A stretch of DNA of 61,617 nucleotides, counting the filler. It is 7 parts of 7 records of this genome, joined end to end, with 100 filler letters (N's around TTAATTAATTAA, not from the genome) between each part and the next. Parts side by side here need not be neighbours in the genome. Positions count along the whole stretch, not along the records: positions 53,317 to 61,617 come from SRR31156797_29381; 6 more parts are not named here. One strand, given 5' to 3'. The notes under the pieces are model-generated. The model was given only the letters and a program-made list of their open reading frames with translations, did not search any database and was not told where the DNA came from. Positions 57,694 through 61,617 of this stretch are shown here, piece by piece. Every line of letters begins with the position of its first letter. The first letter of the stretch is position 1. The translations under genes and the position numbers were made by a program.

Positions 57694-58944
57694 TTAATAA
57701 ACAATTTCCGTATTCATGTATTTCTCAAGCTTAATTAGCTGTAAATAATAATCGCGTAACACACCAAGAAAACTTTTTCTGGTATCAAGGTAAATTTGCT
57801 GGGAATTTAAAAGATTAAGTAAGTCAATTTCTCCCAATTGATAGGCTTCAAAAGTTAAGGTCTTTAGTTGGGATGATTTTGAACTGATAATTTCTTTAAA
57901 TCTAAGCATGTTATTTCGACTCGCCTCATAATTATGCCAGGCATGCTCAATTTGCATTTTCATGTCCAAATTAACCTCTTTCTTCCTCCATTCAATGGCT
58001 TCTTTTTTATATTTTGCCTGTTGAATATTTGTATTTTGATTGAACATAAACCAGAGTGGTATACTTACACCCACTTCAAAGCCTGTATAATCAAATCCAT
58101 CACCATAATCCTGCGTATATAAACTAAAACTTAAATCAGGCAAAAACTGGCTTTTAGCTGCTTTTACACCAAAAGTTGCAGCCTCAGACTCTTTGACAAT
58201 TGACTCAAAATATGGATGATTTGTCACAAATTCTAATGCAGCGTGCTGATCTATAGCATCATTTTTAGTGCGAATAGTGTCGGCAAATTCGATGGAATAA
58301 CTTTGATCTTCTTCATCAAGTCCCATTGTATTAAAAAGCTCATAGCGAGCTTCATGGAGAATGCGCTCGGCATACTCTATATCGTTTTCAGCTTGAGCCA
58401 GTTGAATTTCCGTTTTAAGCTGATCCATCCCATTTCCAGCTCCTGCCTGAGCCTTTGTCTTAACAGCTTCTGCAAGATTATTAGCGAGTTCCCTTTGCTC
58501 TTCTGCCAGTTCTTTATAGTATATGGCATAAAGTAATTGAATATAATCATGCTTTACCTCCTCAACAGCTTCCCTTTTAAGTGCTTCATATCTTAATTGG
58601 AATGCTAAAGCTTCTCTTTTGCTTTGTTTAACCTTATAAACAGCTGTTAGTGGAAAATCTACCGACTGAGAAATGCCAATTCGTTGTTCGGCAAAAGCCG
58701 GGTCTGTATTACTTCCAATCCCTTCTTTCATTAAAATTAATTCCGGATCGTGAATCCCGGTAAGTCCTTTCCACTCAATAAGTTTTTGATTTAACTCTGC
58801 CTCCATTTGTTTTAAAATGGGATTTGAAGATAGTGTTTGATCAACAGCTTTCTTAAGTGTTAACTGCTCCGTTTGACCTAAAAGATAGAAGCTAGGAAAT
58901 AATAAAAATGTAGTGAGTAATAGAATTAAGTTTTTTAATTTCAT
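57694..58944 (-). CDS. TolC-family outer membrane efflux protein
   Basis: Signal peptide; LTLKKAV, PDLSF, GVSIPLW, AYQLGEIDLLNLL; CBA gene order. Confidence 0.92.
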   Translation of the reverse strand: MKLKNLILLLTTFLLFPSFYLLGQTEQLTLKKAVDQTLSSNPILKQMEAELNQKLIEWKGLTGIHDPELILMKEGIGSNTDPAFAEQRIGISQSVDFPLTAVYKVKQSKREALAFQLRYEALKREAVEEVKHDYIQLLYAIYYKELAEEQRELANNLAEAVKTKAQAGAGNGMDQLKTEIQLAQAENDIEYAERILHEARYELFNTMGLDEEDQSYSIEFADTIRTKNDAIDQHAALEFVTNHPYFESIVKESEAATFGVKAAKSQFLPDLSFSLYTQDYGDGFDYTGFEVGVSIPLWFMFNQNTNIQQAKYKKEAIEWRKKEVNLDMKMQIEHAWHNYEASRNNMLRFKEIISSKSSQLKTLTFEAYQLGEIDLLNLLNSQQIYLDTRKSFLGVLRDYYLQLIKLEKYMNTEIVY

Positions 58945-59130
58945 GATGTACGAATTTTCAACACTTCAACAATCTAAAAATGAATATGTTTAACAATGCA
59001 CTTTACCATATCGAAACATTTAACTAATTAGATGCTTAGATGGGACTAAAAAAAAAGGTTTAATAAATGTAAAGCTTTTTTCGATATTAATGAGATCTGT
59101 TTTTTAGTTCTTTTTCTATTCAAACTAACC

Positions 59131-59138
59131 TATATTTG
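59131..59138 (+). promoter_or_regulatory. Bacteroidota -7 promoter element (TAnnTTTG)
   Basis: TATATTTG 21 nt upstream of the pepP start. Confidence 0.6.
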
Positions 59139-59158
59139 TATAGTTAAAAAGTAAGGCC

Positions 59159-60421
59159 ATGCGTACTCAATTACTGAAATCAGACTTCTTTAAAAATAAC
59201 CGTCAAAAGTTAGCGCAAATACTTGAGAACGATACCCTGGTACTTGCCTTTTCAAATCCGGTGGCTATGCGGAATGGTGATCAGGAATATGTATACAGAC
59301 AGGATTCAGATATGTTTTATCTTACAGGTATTACACAGAAAGATACTGTTCTGGTTTTATATTTTGAAAGTGGGGTATGGAAAGAAATACTATTTATCAC
59401 TAAACCCGATCCCAAAACAGAAATTTGGGAAGGCAAACAGCTCACAAAGAAAGAAGCATCAAGCATATCGGGTATTACAGAAATTAGATTCAGCGAATCG
59501 TTAAAAATTACGCTTGAAGCGTTATCAAAAAAATACGAAACCTTATCAGTAAGTAAACCCCTTCATCATACAATTGCAGGTAAATGGACTGATTCTGTAC
59601 TTGAAATGAATGATAAACTCAACCTCACCGATCTTAAAACAAAAATTGCCAAACTGCGTGTTATCAAAACGCCTGAAGAGATTGATTGCATAAAGGCATC
59701 CATTAATATTACGCATGAAGCATTTAAAAACCTGGTTAAACTTGTTGCTCCCGGTAAAATAGAATATGAAATAGAAGCAGAAATGATGCGCACATTCCTG
59801 GCAAATGGTGCAGATGGTCACGCGTTTGATCCTATTGTGGCATCAGGAATTAACAGCTGTACGCTTCATTACATCGACAATACCAAAAAAATGAAGGATG
59901 GAGAGGTTTTGCTGTTGGATTTTGGTGCTGAAAAAAACGGCTATGCTGCTGATATGAGCCGCACACTGCCCGTAAACGGCACATTTACTAAACGGCAAGC
60001 TGACGTGTACAATGCAGTGCTTCGAATTCAAAATAAAACCATTGAAATCATTAAACCTGGAATTTCTGTAAAAGAAATAAATACACAGGTTCGCACCTGG
60101 ATGGAAAAAGAGTTGATTGAGCTTGGTTTACTTACGCAAAAAGCAATTGATAATCAAGATCCGGAAGAACCTGTTGTAAAAAAGTATTTTATGCATGGGA
60201 CTTGTCATTTTATGGGATTAGATGTACATGATGTAGGTGACCCTGAAAAACCCTTGGAGCCTGGCATGATAATAACCTGTGAGCCGGGCATTTACATTAA
60301 AGAAGAAGCTATTGGGGTACGTATTGAAAATGATATTCTGGTTACAAAAAACGGCAATGAAGATTTAATGGCTGGAATTCCGAGAGAAATTAAAGAAATT
60401 GAAGCACTAATGAAAAAGTAA
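59159..60421 (+). CDS. pepP: Xaa-Pro aminopeptidase (M24B)
   Basis: YRQDSDMFYLTG, LHY, LLDFG..YAADMSRT, HGTCHFMGLDVHD, TCEPGIY, GVRIENDI. Confidence 0.93.
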   Translation: MRTQLLKSDFFKNNRQKLAQILENDTLVLAFSNPVAMRNGDQEYVYRQDSDMFYLTGITQKDTVLVLYFESGVWKEILFITKPDPKTEIWEGKQLTKKEASSISGITEIRFSESLKITLEALSKKYETLSVSKPLHHTIAGKWTDSVLEMNDKLNLTDLKTKIAKLRVIKTPEEIDCIKASINITHEAFKNLVKLVAPGKIEYEIEAEMMRTFLANGADGHAFDPIVASGINSCTLHYIDNTKKMKDGEVLLLDFGAEKNGYAADMSRTLPVNGTFTKRQADVYNAVLRIQNKTIEIIKPGISVKEINTQVRTWMEKELIELGLLTQKAIDNQDPEEPVVKKYFMHGTCHFMGLDVHDVGDPEKPLEPGMIITCEPGIYIKEEAIGVRIENDILVTKNGNEDLMAGIPREIKEIEALMKK

Positions 60422-60856
60422 ATGAAAAAACAATTATACATTATTACAATTATTTTGCTTTCCATCATATTAATGAGCTGCACAGGAAACAGGAAACTCT
60501 CAAAAAATGAAGATTTTGATAGTTTTAGTAAGAAATTTTATTCCGACAGCCTCTTTCATTATAAACGCATACATTTTCCATTAGAAATTGTGGAGTATTT
60601 AGGAAACCTCAAGCGACTGTCTGAAGATGAATATCATTCAAATATCGAAACAAAACAATTTACCAGAAAAACACTACCCCGAATGATAAAGTCATTCAGT
60701 AAGTACCCCGAAATATATGAAAGAATGCTTGACACCACAGCCACAGGCATTGACGAAAAAATATATCTCCCTAACTCAGGCTACAGTGAAACAAGGTCAT
60801 TTATTCTGGATGGTAAAAAATGGTATTTAAGACATGTAAACATCATGAATTTATAA
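60422..60856 (+). CDS. Lipoprotein, DUF4348-like
   Basis: Lipobox LMSC; EDFDSF..KFYSDSLF...RIHFPL; F....KKWYL. Confidence 0.65.
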   Translation: MKKQLYIITIILLSIILMSCTGNRKLSKNEDFDSFSKKFYSDSLFHYKRIHFPLEIVEYLGNLKRLSEDEYHSNIETKQFTRKTLPRMIKSFSKYPEIYERMLDTTATGIDEKIYLPNSGYSETRSFILDGKKWYLRHVNIMNL

Positions 60857-60860
60857 AAAA

Positions 60861-60901
60861 ACCGCCAGTAGATACACATGATTATGTATATCTACTGCGG
60901 T
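60861..60901. terminator. Hairpin between convergent genes
   Basis: ACCGC-C-AGTAGATA-C-ACAT...ATGT-A-TATCTACT-GCGGT with an upstream A-run. Confidence 0.6.
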
Positions 60902-60950
60902 CTAAAGTCTATGAGAAAATTACTTTGTTTACTTTCGATCAAGAACTGCG

Positions 60951-61322
60951 CTAAATTCTAAAATCGAACTTTGCGATAAATGATTTGCCAATCAAACTAT
61001 AATCAGCGATGGTCACTTCTTCCAATTGCTTGCGCACATAATTTTTGAAATCAGGATGACCATTAATTTCTTTGATAACAAGACTTCCGTCTTCAGCTAC
61101 TTTTACTTCAGCTTTCACGATGCCACAAGCACCACATTTTTTGGCTTCCGTTGGGAAATCAATAATATCGTCTAGTTGGCTATGCAACATTTCCTTTTGA
61201 ACTTGTGCAAGAGCATTCTCAATACCTGGAGGATTTTTTGCAAAAGTTAATGTGGTAGAGAATAGAATAGCGGCGATAATCACCGTGAATCGGATTGGGT
61301 TTTTAAATTTTGTAGTTTTCAT
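60951..61322 (-). CDS. Small exported protein with a TonB-C-terminal-like domain
   Basis: Start at MKTTKF with signal peptide; IDFPTEAK...GIVKAEVKV..DGSL.I resembles TonB_C. Confidence 0.55.
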   Translation of the reverse strand: MKTTKFKNPIRFTVIIAAILFSTTLTFAKNPPGIENALAQVQKEMLHSQLDDIIDFPTEAKKCGACGIVKAEVKVAEDGSLVIKEINGHPDFKNYVRKQLEEVTIADYSLIGKSFIAKFDFRI

Positions 61323-61394
61323 AGTTACAGGCTTTAAGGGTTTGGGTTTATTATTATGACGACCGGGTTTAAGAGTCGTTGCACTCATATTAGT

Positions 61395-61411
61395 TGCCAA
61401 GACAATGCCAA
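61395..61411 (-). promoter_or_regulatory. Probable sigma54 promoter
   Basis: Minus strand TTGGCATTGTCTTGGCA, GG-N10-GC spacing, about 73 nt upstream of the start at 61322. Confidence 0.55.
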
Positions 61412-61617
61412 ACACACATAAAAGTCTGATTTATTGATTATTAACCCCAAATGTTAAAGTCGGCTTTAACTCTTTTTTCGTACAAAACCGTGCACATAAT
61501 CCGGAATTGTGTACACTATAAATAACTGTAGATCAAATATTTGTTAATGAAATGTAAATAACCAATACTAAGTGAAAAATAAAAAAATTAAACCATTAAG
61601 GTATTAAGATTAGTTAA

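Overview
This window is not one genome. It is seven unrelated contigs joined by six identical 100-nt artificial spacers (N44-TTAATTAATTAA-N44), so gene neighbourhoods are valid only within a segment. Taxonomy below is inferred from protein style, not from searches. (1) 1-6538, Methanosarcinaceae-like archaeon: sensor-kinase tail, an HTH regulator-HMG-CoA synthase-thiolase-DUF35-CYTH operon, a solo Cas4-like gene, and a PUA/PAPS-reductase-family gene. (2) 6639-21060, FCB-group bacterium (Marinimicrobia-like): recA, recX, EEP phosphatase, tRNA-Pro(CGG), HU plus an HU-TM-LysM fusion, rlmN, tsaC, DUF4835/PorD-like, a large secreted C39-like peptidase, yjbQ, and three unknown membrane proteins. (3) 21161-30140, Methanosarcinaceae-like: MATE tail, cbiZ, TIM-barrel protein, ArsR regulator fused to a transcobalamin-like (DUF4430-like) domain, a coupled radical-SAM/HhH-DUF4130-MutS-like operon, hisB, hisA. 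(4) 30241-40013: group II Mo-nitrogenase cluster nifD(partial)KENB-fdx-nif11-like-nifV-nifA with a sigma54 promoter. (5) 40114-45760, spirochaete-like: livKHMGF and a partial TetR. (6) 45861-53216: Wzx/Wzy-type polysaccharide locus with a GH10 hydrolase and a deacetylase-GT2 fusion. (7) 53317-61617, Bacteroidota: heavy-metal RND efflux CBA, aminopeptidase P and two small exported proteins. Best candidates for undescribed biology: the putative archaeal corrinoid-sensing ArsR-DUF4430 regulator beside cbiZ, the rSAM-DUF4130-MutS DNA-processing operon, the membrane-protein trio carrying an L7/L12-CTD-like insert, the HU-TM-LysM tether, and the sigma54-driven Cys-tailed Nif11-like protein.
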